Part shown: piece after piece, positions 1 to 9,876 of the stretch | Layout: each line of letters opens with the position of its first letter | How positions within the stretch are numbered: the first letter of the stretch is position 1 | NCBI GenBank assembly: GCA_050247975.1 | Contig: JBFWTE010000021.1 | Coordinates: forward strand, 272-64,271 | Length of the DNA: 64,000 nt | Reading direction: 5' to 3' | Origin: Bacteriovoracaceae bacterium | Lineage (GTDB): Bacteria > Bdellovibrionota > Bacteriovoracia > Bacteriovoracales > Bacteriovoracaceae | Position numbers and translations under genes: made by a program | The notes under the pieces: generated by a model | Database searches by the model: none | What the model saw: only the letters and a program-made list of their open reading frames with translations | Told to the model about the DNA's origin: nothing

Positions 1-583
1 AGAAATTGTAAAGAAAGACATTGAAAGGATGAAAGAGACCAGTGAGCGGATTGAGAAGATTGTAAAAGGGCTCTCAACCTTTTCACGAGATGGAAGAAAT
101 GATCCATTTTTACATACGAGTTTAAATAGCATAATTAAAAATACTCTCTCTTTTTGTGAAGCAAGATTAAAGAACAGCAATATTACTCTGATTCAGAATG
201 TAATCGATCCAAATTTAATGATTGAGTGTAGAGAGGCACAAGTTTCACAGATTCTTCTTAATTTAATTCACAATTCATTTGATGCCGTTGAAAATTTAGC
301 GGAGAAATGGATCAAGATAGATGTTGTTGATTGTGATGAAAGTGTAAAGATAATTGTCACAGACAGTGGACATGGAATTCCGGAAAACATTCAGCATAAA
401 ATTATGCAACCCTTCTTTACGACCAAAGAAGTTGGTAAAGGAACTGGCCTGGGATTGAGTATCACCACAGGGCTAGTTAAATCTCATAATGGATCTATCG
501 AAATAGATCGAAATCATCCGAACACATCTTTTGTTGTGATATTACCAAAACATCAGAAAGCATTAATTCAAAAAGTCGCTTAA
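1..583 (+). CDS. Sensor histidine kinase, C-terminal HATPase_c part (5'-truncated by window edge)
   Basis: N box (LLNLIHNSFDA), G1 (DSGHGI), F box (PFFTTK), G2 (GKGTGLGL). Frame is open back to position 2. Confidence 0.9.
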   Translation, partial: EIVKKDIERMKETSERIEKIVKGLSTFSRDGRNDPFLHTSLNSIIKNTLSFCEARLKNSNITLIQNVIDPNLMIECREAQVSQILLNLIHNSFDAVENLAEKWIKIDVVDCDESVKIIVTDSGHGIPENIQHKIMQPFFTTKEVGKGTGLGLSITTGLVKSHNGSIEIDRNHPNTSFVVILPKHQKALIQKVA

Positions 584-586
584 GCT

Positions 587-1327
587 TTACTCAATTTCAG
601 GACGAATTCCTTCACAACTTTTTACTTCTTCTTCCTCTTCATGAGAAATCTCGACATATTGGGGAAGTGCAATGAATGGAGAGTAAATTGTTTTCTTCTT
701 TGAATCATAAGCGGCAATTTCCAAGTGATACTCACCAATCAAACTGTGTCCTGCATTGAATGAGCTAGGAGCAAGTTCTGCCATTTGTGCTTTCTCCGGA
801 TAGGATATATTTTGATTTATTGATATATCAAATAGATCATTACTGCCGATGATACTCATTTTATCTATTTTCTTTCTATGATTGAAGGCGGGACATTTAA
901 AATTTCTGAATCTCTCTGATGCGTAGGCTGCAGCATAATAAATTTTAATCGCTACCGATCCAGGAGTTCCGGCCCTATCATGACCTCTTAATATCTTATG
1001 TGTTTTAAAGGGAGAATAGACTGAGCCTAAATCTTGCTTTTCTCCACCTCGATGGATAATAATTCTGATGAGCCAGGCATCGACTCCTTTAACTTGAGTG
1101 AGATGTTCTAAATCTTCTTCTTTTACTTTGGGCATATCCACAATGAAAGTTATGCTCTGAGATACTGTAGCTTCTTTTCTTTGTCCCACATGCCATTCAA
1201 TTTCTTTTAAATGTGTAAGTTCCATTTGTACTTTTTTAAGATGAAGCCCAACATCATCTTTTGAGAGTTCAGAGTACCTAGTACAAGAAAAAACGAGAGA
1301 AAGAGTCAGGTAAATAAATGCTTTCAT
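587..1327 (-). CDS. Hypothetical lipoprotein
   Basis: Signal peptide with lipobox-like VFSC. AAGGA sits 6 nt before the ATG at 1327, favouring it over 1333. Confidence 0.65.
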   Translation of the reverse strand: MKAFIYLTLSLVFSCTRYSELSKDDVGLHLKKVQMELTHLKEIEWHVGQRKEATVSQSITFIVDMPKVKEEDLEHLTQVKGVDAWLIRIIIHRGGEKQDLGSVYSPFKTHKILRGHDRAGTPGSVAIKIYYAAAYASERFRNFKCPAFNHRKKIDKMSIIGSNDLFDISINQNISYPEKAQMAELAPSSFNAGHSLIGEYHLEIAAYDSKKKTIYSPFIALPQYVEISHEEEEEVKSCEGIRPEIE

Positions 1328-1380
1328 GGCCATTCCTTTATCTAATGATATTATAAATCAAATTTAGAAAGGGAGTTAGA

Positions 1381-1662
1381 ATGAAGTACTTAGTGTTACT
1401 TTCTTTATTAGTCGCATGTGCCTCAAAACCTGAGCAATTAACAGAAAAAGCGAAGAATCTTGAGGTTTATGTTAATAAACCTGCTAATTGCAATGTGGTT
1501 GGTAAGCTCACTGGAACTGATGATATGGGAAGTAAGGAGCTTGCTTTAAATAAAGTCATGAATCAAGCAGCTGATCTTGGGGCCACAGGAGTTCATGTGA
1601 ACCAAGAAGTTCCAAATGGAAAGAAGGTTACAGTTTACGGAACTGCCTATCAGTGCGAATAA
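1381..1662 (+). CDS. Small lipoprotein, DUF4156-like
   Basis: Lipobox LVAC, Cys in PANCNVVG, C-terminal GTAYQCE typical of DUF4156; RBS GGGAG. Confidence 0.65.
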   Translation: MKYLVLLSLLVACASKPEQLTEKAKNLEVYVNKPANCNVVGKLTGTDDMGSKELALNKVMNQAADLGATGVHVNQEVPNGKKVTVYGTAYQCE

Positions 1663-2594
1663 GCTTTTTCTAATTTAGTATCAAGTGCGTGGAGTGTAGA
1701 AAGATAAGTGACCCTCATTTTTTCAAGCTCCGCGCGCACATAAGGTTTTACATTCCCACCCACCCAAATTTCAGTATTGGTGTTTAGATTTTGTTGTAAC
1801 GAATGAATATATTCCTCAAGTGACGGCTTACCCTCGAGATTATTTATCTTAGTTGAACCAAGTAAAATAATTTTAGGATGAAGGGCATTGGCCGCTTCAG
1901 ATAAAGAGATTGCCGGTAAATTAATTCCAAGAAAAATGAATTTAACGCCGTGATGAAGACATAAAAGAGCGGCCCCAAGAAGTCCGATTTCGTGTAATTC
2001 TCCCTCTGGAGCAGCAATGAGGACTAGATTTTGTTGTTTAAAATTTTTTAAATAATTTTGGTTAAGCATTGTTCCGATGTGGAATGAAATAATGGCACTA
2101 ATGGTGTGCTCTTGAGCAATACTAAGCTCATTCTTTTCAACTTTAGAACCGATGGCCTGAAAAAGTGGAATGAGAATATCCAAGCAAAATTCTCTTGGGT
2201 TTACTGAGTGGCAAATTTTATCAAGCTCATGAGAAAGAATATCTATTTTATAGGCAGAGAGTGCCAGAAGCAAATTAGTGAGAACTTTTGAATGATCGAT
2301 TTTTTCGTGATTTAATGTAATCACTTCTTTTTCATCATAAGGCCGATGAAGGAGAGTGGAATAAATTTGCTTTAATTCTTCTATTTCTAAATGAGCAATT
2401 TTACCAATGCTTTGTCCGCATTCAGTCAGCTTGAAAAGGATGGCCAATTTCTCTATATCTTTTTCAGAATACAAGCGGTGCTTATTTTCGGCCCTCTCTG
2501 GAACAACAGCATGGTATCTTTTCTCCCAAGCTCTTATGGTAGCAGTTGCGACACCTGAAAGTTGAGAGGCCACTTGTATATTAAAATATTGCAT
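1650..2594 (-). CDS. MerR-family regulator with cobalamin-binding domain (CarH/LitR-like)
   Basis: MerR HTH (TIRAWEKRY...HRLYS), EH motif (IAQEH), B12-binding ExHxxG (GELHEIG). Confidence 0.85.
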   Translation of the reverse strand: MQYFNIQVASQLSGVATATIRAWEKRYHAVVPERAENKHRLYSEKDIEKLAILFKLTECGQSIGKIAHLEIEELKQIYSTLLHRPYDEKEVITLNHEKIDHSKVLTNLLLALSAYKIDILSHELDKICHSVNPREFCLDILIPLFQAIGSKVEKNELSIAQEHTISAIISFHIGTMLNQNYLKNFKQQNLVLIAAPEGELHEIGLLGAALLCLHHGVKFIFLGINLPAISLSEAANALHPKIILLGSTKINNLEGKPSLEEYIHSLQQNLNTNTEIWVGGNVKPYVRAELEKMRVTYLSTLHALDTKLEKAYSH

Positions 2595-2638
2595 CAGAGC
2601 TCGCTAGCAAACTATAGTTTAAATAAAAGGATGAATTT

Positions 2639-4585
2639 ATGAATAACATAAAAAGCTACCCAGTGAAAAAGAATATAGAAGCCAAATCTCATCTTCAAGG
2701 CATGAAGGACTATCAAGAGATGTATCAATGCTCAATAAAGGATCCAGAAAGCTTTTGGCTTGATGCAGCGAGAAGGCTTTCTTGGTTTGAATTCCCTAAG
2801 CAAGCAAATCAAGGAGATTTTCATCGAGTGAATCATACTTGGTATTTAGGTGGAAAAATTAACGCTTCATACAATTGCTTAGACCGTCATTTAAAAAAAC
2901 ACGCTGAAAAGAGTGCCATTATTTGGGCAAAGGATGCTCCAGGTGAATATCAACACATCAGTTATCAAGAGGCCTATGAGTATGTTTGTCGGCTTACAAA
3001 TTTATTAGAGGCCAGCGGAGTTAAGAAAGGAGATAGAGTTTGTATTTATCTTCCTATGATTCCTGAATTGGTTTATTCCGTCCTTGCATGTTCACGAATT
3101 GGTGCAATTCATTCGGTGGTTTTTGGAGGTTTTAGTTCAGAGTCTTTGAAAGGCAGAATATTAGATGCTGAATGTAAATTTATTATTACTGCCAATGAAG
3201 GTCTTCGTGGTGGGAAAAGAATTCCACTAAAAGAGATTACTGATGAGGCCATTAAAGATCTCTCTTTTGTAGAGAAAGTTTTAGTCGTTCATCGCACTGA
3301 TGCTAAAGTGCCAATGATTGAAGGTCGAGATCTTCACTATGAATCTGAAATTATAAAATACCGTCCTGTTGCTCCTTGTGCGACGATGGATGCAGAAGAT
3401 CCATTATTTATTCTTTATACTTCTGGATCTACCGGAAGACCTAAGGGTGTTCTCCACACGACTGGCGGTTATTTAACTTATGCTTCATTCACGCATCAGT
3501 ATGTTTTTGATTATCATGAAAGTGATGTTTATTTTTGTACCGCTGATATTGGATGGGTGACAGGACACTCATATGTTGTTTATGGGCCTCTTAGCAATGG
3601 AGCAACCACAGTTCTATTTGAATCAATTCCTACTTACCCAGATGCTGGACGGTATTGGCAAATTGTACAAGATTTAAAAGTTAATATTTTTTATACAGCT
3701 CCTACTGCACTAAGAACTTTAGCGCAATTTGGAGATGAGCTGGTTAATAAGTATGACAGATCAAGTATCAGAATTCTTGGAACTGTTGGTGAGCCTATCA
3801 ATCCAGAAATTTGGAAATGGTATCATGATGTTGTCGGTGAACAAAGATGCGATATTGTAGATACTTGGTGGCAAACAGAAACAGGTGGAATACTTATTAC
3901 ACCGATTCCGGGTGTCACTCCGACTAAACCAGGATCAGCAACTCTTCCGTTTTTTGGTGTTGAGCCAGTGATCGTGAAACCAGAAACAGGTGAAGTTTTA
4001 AAAGGTAATGATGTTGAAGGTGCCCTTTGTTTAAAACATTCTTGGCCAGGCCAAGCTCGCACTATTTATAAAGATCACTCTCGTTTTGTGGATACCTATT
4101 TTACTCAGTACAAGGGGATGTATTTTACAGGTGATGGCTGTCATCGCGACGAAGATGGCTACTATTGGATTACTGGCCGAATCGATGATGTATTAAATGT
4201 TTCAGGTCACCGTTTAGGAACTGCAGAAATAGAAAGTGCTTTGATGGAGCATCCTCATGTTGCTGAAGCTGCAGTTGTAGGAATGCCTCATGATATTAAA
4301 GGTACAGGAATTTACGCTTACGTCATCCTTTATGAAGAACATCAAGATAGTCCTGAATTGCATGAGAGCATTAAAGATAAAGTGCGAGAAATTATCGGAC
4401 GATTTGCGGCCCCAGATATCATTCATTTGACCAGAGGGCTTCCAAAAACGCGATCAGGAAAAGTGATGCGAAGGATATTGAGAAAAATTGCAGCGGCCGA
4501 GTATGATGGATTGGGAGATATTTCAACCCTTGCGGATCCTTCTGTTGTGGAGAACATTGTGAAGGAGCATAAAACAAAAAAATAA
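2639..4585 (+). CDS. acs: Acetyl-CoA synthetase (AMP-forming)
   Basis: [41 protein letters not shown]; 648 aa. Confidence 0.96.
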   Translation: MNNIKSYPVKKNIEAKSHLQGMKDYQEMYQCSIKDPESFWLDAARRLSWFEFPKQANQGDFHRVNHTWYLGGKINASYNCLDRHLKKHAEKSAIIWAKDAPGEYQHISYQEAYEYVCRLTNLLEASGVKKGDRVCIYLPMIPELVYSVLACSRIGAIHSVVFGGFSSESLKGRILDAECKFIITANEGLRGGKRIPLKEITDEAIKDLSFVEKVLVVHRTDAKVPMIEGRDLHYESEIIKYRPVAPCATMDAEDPLFILYTSGSTGRPKGVLHTTGGYLTYASFTHQYVFDYHESDVYFCTADIGWVTGHSYVVYGPLSNGATTVLFESIPTYPDAGRYWQIVQDLKVNIFYTAPTALRTLAQFGDELVNKYDRSSIRILGTVGEPINPEIWKWYHDVVGEQRCDIVDTWWQTETGGILITPIPGVTPTKPGSATLPFFGVEPVIVKPETGEVLKGNDVEGALCLKHSWPGQARTIYKDHSRFVDTYFTQYKGMYFTGDGCHRDEDGYYWITGRIDDVLNVSGHRLGTAEIESALMEHPHVAEAAVVGMPHDIKGTGIYAYVILYEEHQDSPELHESIKDKVREIIGRFAAPDIIHLTRGLPKTRSGKVMRRILRKIAAAEYDGLGDISTLADPSVVENIVKEHKTKK

Positions 4586-4594
4586 GGAGTGGAG

Positions 4595-5080
4595 ATGGAA
4601 CTTAAAGGTTCATGCTCATGTGGTGGAGTCTCATTTAAAGTCCAATCACAAACACCTTATCCTTATCAGCGATGTTACTGCAGTATTTGTCGTAAGACCC
4701 AAGGAGGTGGAGGTTATGCCATCAACCTTGGGGCCGATTATCGAACTCTCAAAGTTAAAGGTAAAAAAAATATTGCTGTTTATCGTGCTCGCGTAAAAAA
4801 TCCAGGCGAGCGATCCTATCAAAGCTCAGGAGAGCGAAACTTCTGCAAAATTTGCGGATCAGGACTTTGGCTTTATGATCCCAACTGGCCAGAGTTGGTT
4901 CATCCATTCGCTTCGGCCATTGATTCTTCTTTGCCTATCCCTCCAGAGCAAACTCATTTAATGTTAGAATTTAAGGCCTCATGGGTTGAAATCCAGAAAA
5001 AGAAAAAAGATAGAATTTTTAAGAAATATCCTAAAGAATCGATTAGAGAATGGCATGAGAGATTGAATTTGGTCAGTTAG
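4595..5080 (+). CDS. GFA/CENP-V family Zn-binding protein
   Basis: GSCSCG, CYCSICRK, RNFCKICGS. RBS AAGGAG favours the ATG at 4595. Confidence 0.88.
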   Translation: MELKGSCSCGGVSFKVQSQTPYPYQRCYCSICRKTQGGGGYAINLGADYRTLKVKGKKNIAVYRARVKNPGERSYQSSGERNFCKICGSGLWLYDPNWPELVHPFASAIDSSLPIPPEQTHLMLEFKASWVEIQKKKKDRIFKKYPKESIREWHERLNLVS

Positions 5081-5139
5081 AGGGATGTAAAATTTACTAA
5101 GCCCCTCTCACATTTATAATTTTTGGCTAGATTGGCGCC

Positions 5140-6474
5140 ATGAAAATTCAATTCTTCATTCTCATTTCTTTCTTTTCGTTTTCTTCTTTTGGCAGGGCCT
5201 TTATTTCCGATTCCTCTGAGATTGAAATTGGAAGATTGAATCGAAATATTTCATCCCAAATGATGCTGGTAAAATTAAAAAATCAATCTCAAATTGATCT
5301 AAAAAATTATGGAGAGTTTGAGACATTTTTTAAAGCTCATGATGGTGTTTGGGGATATTTAAAATTAAACATGATCCCCGATGAAGAAAGTGCAGAATTA
5401 TTATTAAAAGATTTTTCAAAAAATAAAAATATCCTTCATGCTTATTTTGCTCCTTTGCCTCGTAATGCAACTGAATCAGATCCAGAACCAACAGATCCTG
5501 TTTTAGTTGAAACTCCTAACTTTGAAGAAAGACAATTCTATTTAGAAGATGCCCCGAAGGGGGTTGGAGCGAGAAGTGCCTGGCCAATTCCTGGTGGTGC
5601 TGGGAAGAATGTTAAAGTGATAGATGTTGAAACCTGTTTTCAAGATGATCATGAAGATTTCATGGCCCCTTTTTTTAATGGGAATAACCCTGCCTGCTCT
5701 GAAAATGACCACGGTACGGCCGTTTGGGGTGAGATTGCAGCGAAGAAAGATGACAAAGGTGTCACAGGAATTGCCCATCAGGCCCAATTTGGAATTTATG
5801 GATTTATTGAAGGTGATCTTGAGGAAGTAGATGATCAGTATATTAAAAGCATCAATGAAGCGATTCAAGCTTCTATTCAGAATCTTGAGCAAGGTGATGT
5901 CTTAGTTATTGAGCAGCAGATGGTTGGCCCTGATCTTAAAAAGTATACGGCCGTCGAGTATTGGCCACATATTTTTGATCAATTAAAAATGGCGACTGAT
6001 AAAGGAATTATTTGTGTTGAGGCCGCTGGTAATGGTGGATCAAATTTTGATGATCTAAGTTACGATGGCGCCTTTGATTTAAGCAAGAGAGATTCAGGCT
6101 GCATTATAGTTGGGGCGGTTGCTCCTTCTTCTTTAGATCGACTTGGATTTTCAAACTACGGCAATCGTTTAGATGCGGCCGCTTATGGCCGAATGGTAAC
6201 CACTGCTGGCTACGGCGATCTTTTCAATGCGGCCGTAAACCGTAAGTATACGGCCAGATTTTCTGGTACATCTTCTGCCACTCCTATCGTTGCTGGAGCA
6301 GTTGCTGTGGTTAGCTCAATTGCTAAAGAAAAAGGCATTACTATTTCTCCAAGAAATATGAGAGATGCTTTAAGATTAACGGGAACACCACAAAGTGAAA
6401 GTACTCGTTCCACTCGAGTGGGGAATCTTCCTTCCATTCAAGCTCTCTTAGATATATTGCAGCTTACACTTTAA
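5140..6474 (+). CDS. Secreted subtilisin-like S8 serine protease
   Basis: Signal peptide; triad D (IDVE), H (DHGTAV), S (FSGTSSATP); oxyanion AAGNG. Confidence 0.92.
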   Translation: MKIQFFILISFFSFSSFGRAFISDSSEIEIGRLNRNISSQMMLVKLKNQSQIDLKNYGEFETFFKAHDGVWGYLKLNMIPDEESAELLLKDFSKNKNILHAYFAPLPRNATESDPEPTDPVLVETPNFEERQFYLEDAPKGVGARSAWPIPGGAGKNVKVIDVETCFQDDHEDFMAPFFNGNNPACSENDHGTAVWGEIAAKKDDKGVTGIAHQAQFGIYGFIEGDLEEVDDQYIKSINEAIQASIQNLEQGDVLVIEQQMVGPDLKKYTAVEYWPHIFDQLKMATDKGIICVEAAGNGGSNFDDLSYDGAFDLSKRDSGCIIVGAVAPSSLDRLGFSNYGNRLDAAAYGRMVTTAGYGDLFNAAVNRKYTARFSGTSSATPIVAGAVAVVSSIAKEKGITISPRNMRDALRLTGTPQSESTRSTRVGNLPSIQALLDILQLTL

Positions 6475-7102
6475 TGAAATGGATGGTGTCTGAAAGCTCA
6501 CTAACATTAACGTTTGAGGCCTTGCCCTGAAATTTGGTAAGGATTTTTTCTTCTAAAATTTCGATGCTTTTATGAAGTCCCTCACTCATCTTTTGATCTT
6601 GGAAATGATTTTTCATCACATCAATAAGTTGATCAAGTTCGGTTTGGATCATTTTTTCTTTTAATGTCTCGTCCACAAGAATATGAATTTTTCTTTCTAA
6701 AACGGAAATACAAATCATCGCTGTGACTTTATGGCCAACTTTAGAAGTTCCAAGAGTATGAAAAAGTTCCGTTGCTTTTTCTCTCGTTTCTCGCTCAATT
6801 TCCCATGAACTCAAGGCCAGTCTTTTTAGGAAAGAATAGTTTCCAAGTGAAGTTAGTAGGAGAGTGGTAATAAAAAAAGTCACTGGCCAAAAAATGGCAT
6901 GATGAAATTCAAAATAATAACTAAAAATAAGAGTCATCATAAAGCTTGAGAAAACTCCAAAGCGCCAAGAGGCCCCTGGATAGGGATCAGATGCATTCGT
7001 TACAACAAGAAGAAGCTCGCAACCAGTTTTCTCTTCAAATGATTTTATCTTATTTTCAATTAATTGAATTTCAGAAGGTTGTATAAAATATTTCATTACC
7101 AT
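6464..7102 (-). CDS. TPM-domain membrane protein
   Basis: IENKIKSFEEKTGCELLLVV, two TM segments; last gene of the lemA-TPM-TPM triad. Confidence 0.8.
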   Translation of the reverse strand: MVMKYFIQPSEIQLIENKIKSFEEKTGCELLLVVTNASDPYPGASWRFGVFSSFMMTLIFSYYFEFHHAIFWPVTFFITTLLLTSLGNYSFLKRLALSSWEIERETREKATELFHTLGTSKVGHKVTAMICISVLERKIHILVDETLKEKMIQTELDQLIDVMKNHFQDQKMSEGLHKSIEILEEKILTKFQGKASNVNVSELSDTIHFIKV

Positions 7103-7944
7103 CTCCCTGAAGAGCCGCCGCCACTAAAGCCGCCTCCGCCTCCACCCCAATCACTACCACCACCGAAGCCACCACTCCTTCCACCTCCGCCGTATCTGCT
7201 TCCTTGGGCCAGGGCAAAAAGAAAATTACTTAGTCCGGTAACACCAATGACTAATCCTAAGACGAAGAAGGGAATAATAAGTCCCATGACACCTAAAAGG
7301 AAACTTCCACCAGCAAGTCCAGCACCAGTATAAATACCTCTTGCGACGGGATGTTTTCTTAGAAGAATGTAACCAACGAAAACACTAAAAAGTAAGATGG
7401 GAAAAGCAGCAGGAATTTTTATTGGAGTTTGTGGCCGAGAAGATCGGCGTACAATTGAATGGTTTTCAGAAGATTGAATATTAAATTTTTTGGCAACATC
7501 TTCCAAGACAGCGCGAAGACCACCATAAAAATCACCTTGTTTAAAACTTGGTGTCAGGATATTTCGAATATATTTATTTGAGTCGTAATCGGTAATTTCT
7601 CCCTCGATTCCATTGCCAACTTCAATGCGCATTTCTCGCTCACTCTTCGCAATAACAATCAAAAGTCCGTTATCTTTTTCTTTTGTTCCGAGTTGCCATT
7701 TTTCCGCCACTCGAATGGAGAATTCCTCAATGGGATATCCTTGAAGATCAGGGACAGTGAAAATAGTAATTTGAGGCCCATGGTTACTGTAGATCTCATA
7801 GGCCAATTGAGAAAGAGAAGAGCGCTCATTTTCAGATAGAAGTCCCGCTTCATCCATTACAGGACTTGTGAGTGCTGGGATTTGGATTTCAGCTCCCAGC
7901 ACTTGAAAAGAAATTAAAAACAGAAAACTAAGCAAGTAGTTCAT
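7096..7944 (-). CDS. TPM-domain protein (YgcG/DUF477-like) with Gly-rich tail
   Basis: VMDEAGLLS, IEEFSIRVAEKWQLG..DNGLLIVIA..REMRIEVG; C-terminal GGGGGGFSGGGSSGRW. Confidence 0.9.
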   Translation of the reverse strand: MNYLLSFLFLISFQVLGAEIQIPALTSPVMDEAGLLSENERSSLSQLAYEIYSNHGPQITIFTVPDLQGYPIEEFSIRVAEKWQLGTKEKDNGLLIVIAKSEREMRIEVGNGIEGEITDYDSNKYIRNILTPSFKQGDFYGGLRAVLEDVAKKFNIQSSENHSIVRRSSRPQTPIKIPAAFPILLFSVFVGYILLRKHPVARGIYTGAGLAGGSFLLGVMGLIIPFFVLGLVIGVTGLSNFLFALAQGSRYGGGGRSGGFGGGSDWGGGGGGFSGGGSSGRW

Positions 7945-8516
7945 TAGAATTGAACTTCAGGAGTTTTTTGCTCGTCTTCAGAAATACTGAATTGAGGCTT
8001 TTTATTAAGATGGTGAATCAAAGAATTAGTTAAGCTTGTAGGAAAGACAGTGACAAGATCGTTAAATCTTTGAACTGATTCAATGTAGCGGCGACGTGCA
8101 ATAGCAATTCGGTTTTCTGTTCCTTCAAGTTGTGCTTGGAGGGCCTGAAAATTTTCATTCGCTTTAAGATCCGGATATCTTTCTGAAACCATCATCAAAC
8201 GTCCAAGTGCTTGAGAAACACCTGATTGGGCCTCCTGAAATTCTTTTAGTTTTTCAGGAGTAAGATTTTTTGGATCTACTGTAATTTGTGTCGCTTTCGC
8301 GCGGGCCTCTATGACTTTTAGAAGAGTTCCTTCTTCATGCTTTGCGTATCCTTTAACGATATTGACCAGATTAGGGATAAAATCTGTCCGGCGCTTGTAT
8401 TGGTTCATCACCTCGGCCCAGTTTGCTTCAACTTCATTGTTGGCCTGAGGAATTGATTGTAAACCACATGATACCAGGAATAGGGAAATAAATAGAACCA
8501 GAATAGAAGACTTCAT
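7944..8516 (-). CDS. lemA: LemA family protein (lipoprotein signal)
   Basis: YKRRTDFIPNLV, ERYPDLKANENF..LQAQLEGTENRIAIARRRY; lipobox LVSC. Confidence 0.93.
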   Translation of the reverse strand: MKSSILVLFISLFLVSCGLQSIPQANNEVEANWAEVMNQYKRRTDFIPNLVNIVKGYAKHEEGTLLKVIEARAKATQITVDPKNLTPEKLKEFQEAQSGVSQALGRLMMVSERYPDLKANENFQALQAQLEGTENRIAIARRRYIESVQRFNDLVTVFPTSLTNSLIHHLNKKPQFSISEDEQKTPEVQF

Positions 8517-8530
8517 AGTTACCTCAATAT

Positions 8531-8565
8531 AAAAAAGCCCAAAGTATTATTTATACTTTGGGCTT
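8531..8565 (-). terminator. Intrinsic terminator downstream of rpsT
   Basis: 13-bp stem AAGCCCAAAGTAT/ATACTTTGGGCTT (8535-8565) followed by a U-run on the minus strand. Confidence 0.8.
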
Positions 8566-8601
8566 AATTTTGAGTAAATCAAGGTCTTCTGGCAAATTAA
8601 A

Positions 8602-8868
8602 TTATTTGCTGATTGAAGCAACAAGCTTAGTAAGACGTGAAGTCTTACGAGCAGCTGTTTGTTTCTTCATAGCTGGTGATTTTGCAAGTTTTGCAAGAAG
8701 TGATTGAGCTTTAACTAATAATTCTTTAGCAGCTTTTGAATCGCCTTTAGCTACTGCGTCGCGAAGAGCTTTAACAGCTGTACGAGATTTTGCAGTTTTA
8801 GTTTTGTTCGTCATACGACGAGTTTTTTCTTGTTTAGCTCTTTTTTCTGATGATTTGTGATTCGCCAC
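8602..8868 (-). CDS. rpsT: 30S ribosomal protein S20
   Basis: ANHKSSEKRAKQ...KQTAARKTSRL. GTG start at 8868 with AGGAG RBS (the track's 8889 start is probably too long). Confidence 0.95.
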   Translation of the reverse strand: MANHKSSEKRAKQEKTRRMTNKTKTAKSRTAVKALRDAVAKGDSKAAKELLVKAQSLLAKLAKSPAMKKQTAARKTSRLTKLVASISK

Positions 8869-8912
8869 AGTCGTTCTCCTAATGAACAATTTTTTTTCAA
8901 AAATATTGCGAT

Positions 8913-8941
8913 GTTATAAACAAATTTGGTCTTCATGGCAA
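8913..8941 (-). promoter_or_regulatory. Sigma70-type promoter of rpsT
   Basis: Minus strand TTGCCA-N17-TATAAC. Confidence 0.7.
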
Positions 8942-9018
8942 TAGTGAATCGATATTGACCTCTGCTTTCTTTAAAAGCATATTGTTTTATCTTCTATTTT
9001 GAACAAGGAAATCATCTC

Positions 9019-9876
9019 ATGAAAAACATTCAAGTTGTTGGAATTGTTGGTGCTGGGCAAATGGGACGAGGTATTGCTCAGGTGGCGGCCCAAAGTGGTT
9101 TTGACGTCATTTTATATGATGCTTTTAAAACATCTCTTGATTTTGGCCATAATTTTATTAAGACGCAGTTAGATAAAGGTGCCGAAAAAGGAAAGTGGAG
9201 TGCTGATGAGGCGAAGTCTGCTTTTGCTAAAATTAAAGCAACACTGGAACTCAATGACCTTAGAAATTGTGACTTGGTGGTTGAAGCTGCTACTGAAAAA
9301 AAAGATCTTAAATTCGATATTTTTAAAAAATTAGATGAAGTCGTTAAGGCCGATGGAATTTTGGCCTCAAATACTTCTTCAATCTCCATTACTGAAATTG
9401 CCGCTAATACGAAACGTCCTTCGCAAGTTGCAGGAATGCACTTTATGAATCCTGTTCCAGTGATGAAGTTGGTAGAGGGGATTAGAGGTCTTGAAACTTC
9501 TGATGAGACTTTCAATACTGTTGCGGCCGTGTCTGAAAAAATGGGCAAAACGTTTGTTCGCGCTCAGGACTATCCTGGTTTTGCAGTAAACCGAATTCTT
9601 ATGCCAATGATTAACGAAGCTGTTTATGCTCTCTATGAAGGTGTCGCTTCGGTGAAAGATATTGATACGGCCATGAAACTTGGAACCAATCAGCCCATGG
9701 GCCCGCTAGAGCTTGCTGACTTTATTGGGCTTGATACATGTTTGGCGATTATGAACGTGCTTCATGATGGACTGGCAGATACAAAATATCGTCCTTGTCC
9801 TCTCTTAAAGCAATACGTGGCCGCTGGAAGATTTGGCCGTAAAAATGGAAAAGGATTTTATACTTATGATAAGTAA
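9019..9876 (+). CDS. hbd: 3-hydroxybutyryl/3-hydroxyacyl-CoA dehydrogenase
   Basis: GAGQMG Rossmann motif, ASNTSS, GMHFMNP, GFAVNR, PMGPLELADFIGLD. Confidence 0.93.
   Translation: MKNIQVVGIVGAGQMGRGIAQVAAQSGFDVILYDAFKTSLDFGHNFIKTQLDKGAEKGKWSADEAKSAFAKIKATLELNDLRNCDLVVEAATEKKDLKFDIFKKLDEVVKADGILASNTSSISITEIAANTKRPSQVAGMHFMNPVPVMKLVEGIRGLETSDETFNTVAAVSEKMGKTFVRAQDYPGFAVNRILMPMINEAVYALYEGVASVKDIDTAMKLGTNQPMGPLELADFIGLDTCLAIMNVLHDGLADTKYRPCPLLKQYVAAGRFGRKNGKGFYTYDK

Noticed and set aside
7064-7333. Pro-rich + strand ORF and CCA/CCG microsatellite-like run
   Set aside because: Reverse complement of the Gly-rich tail of the TPM protein.
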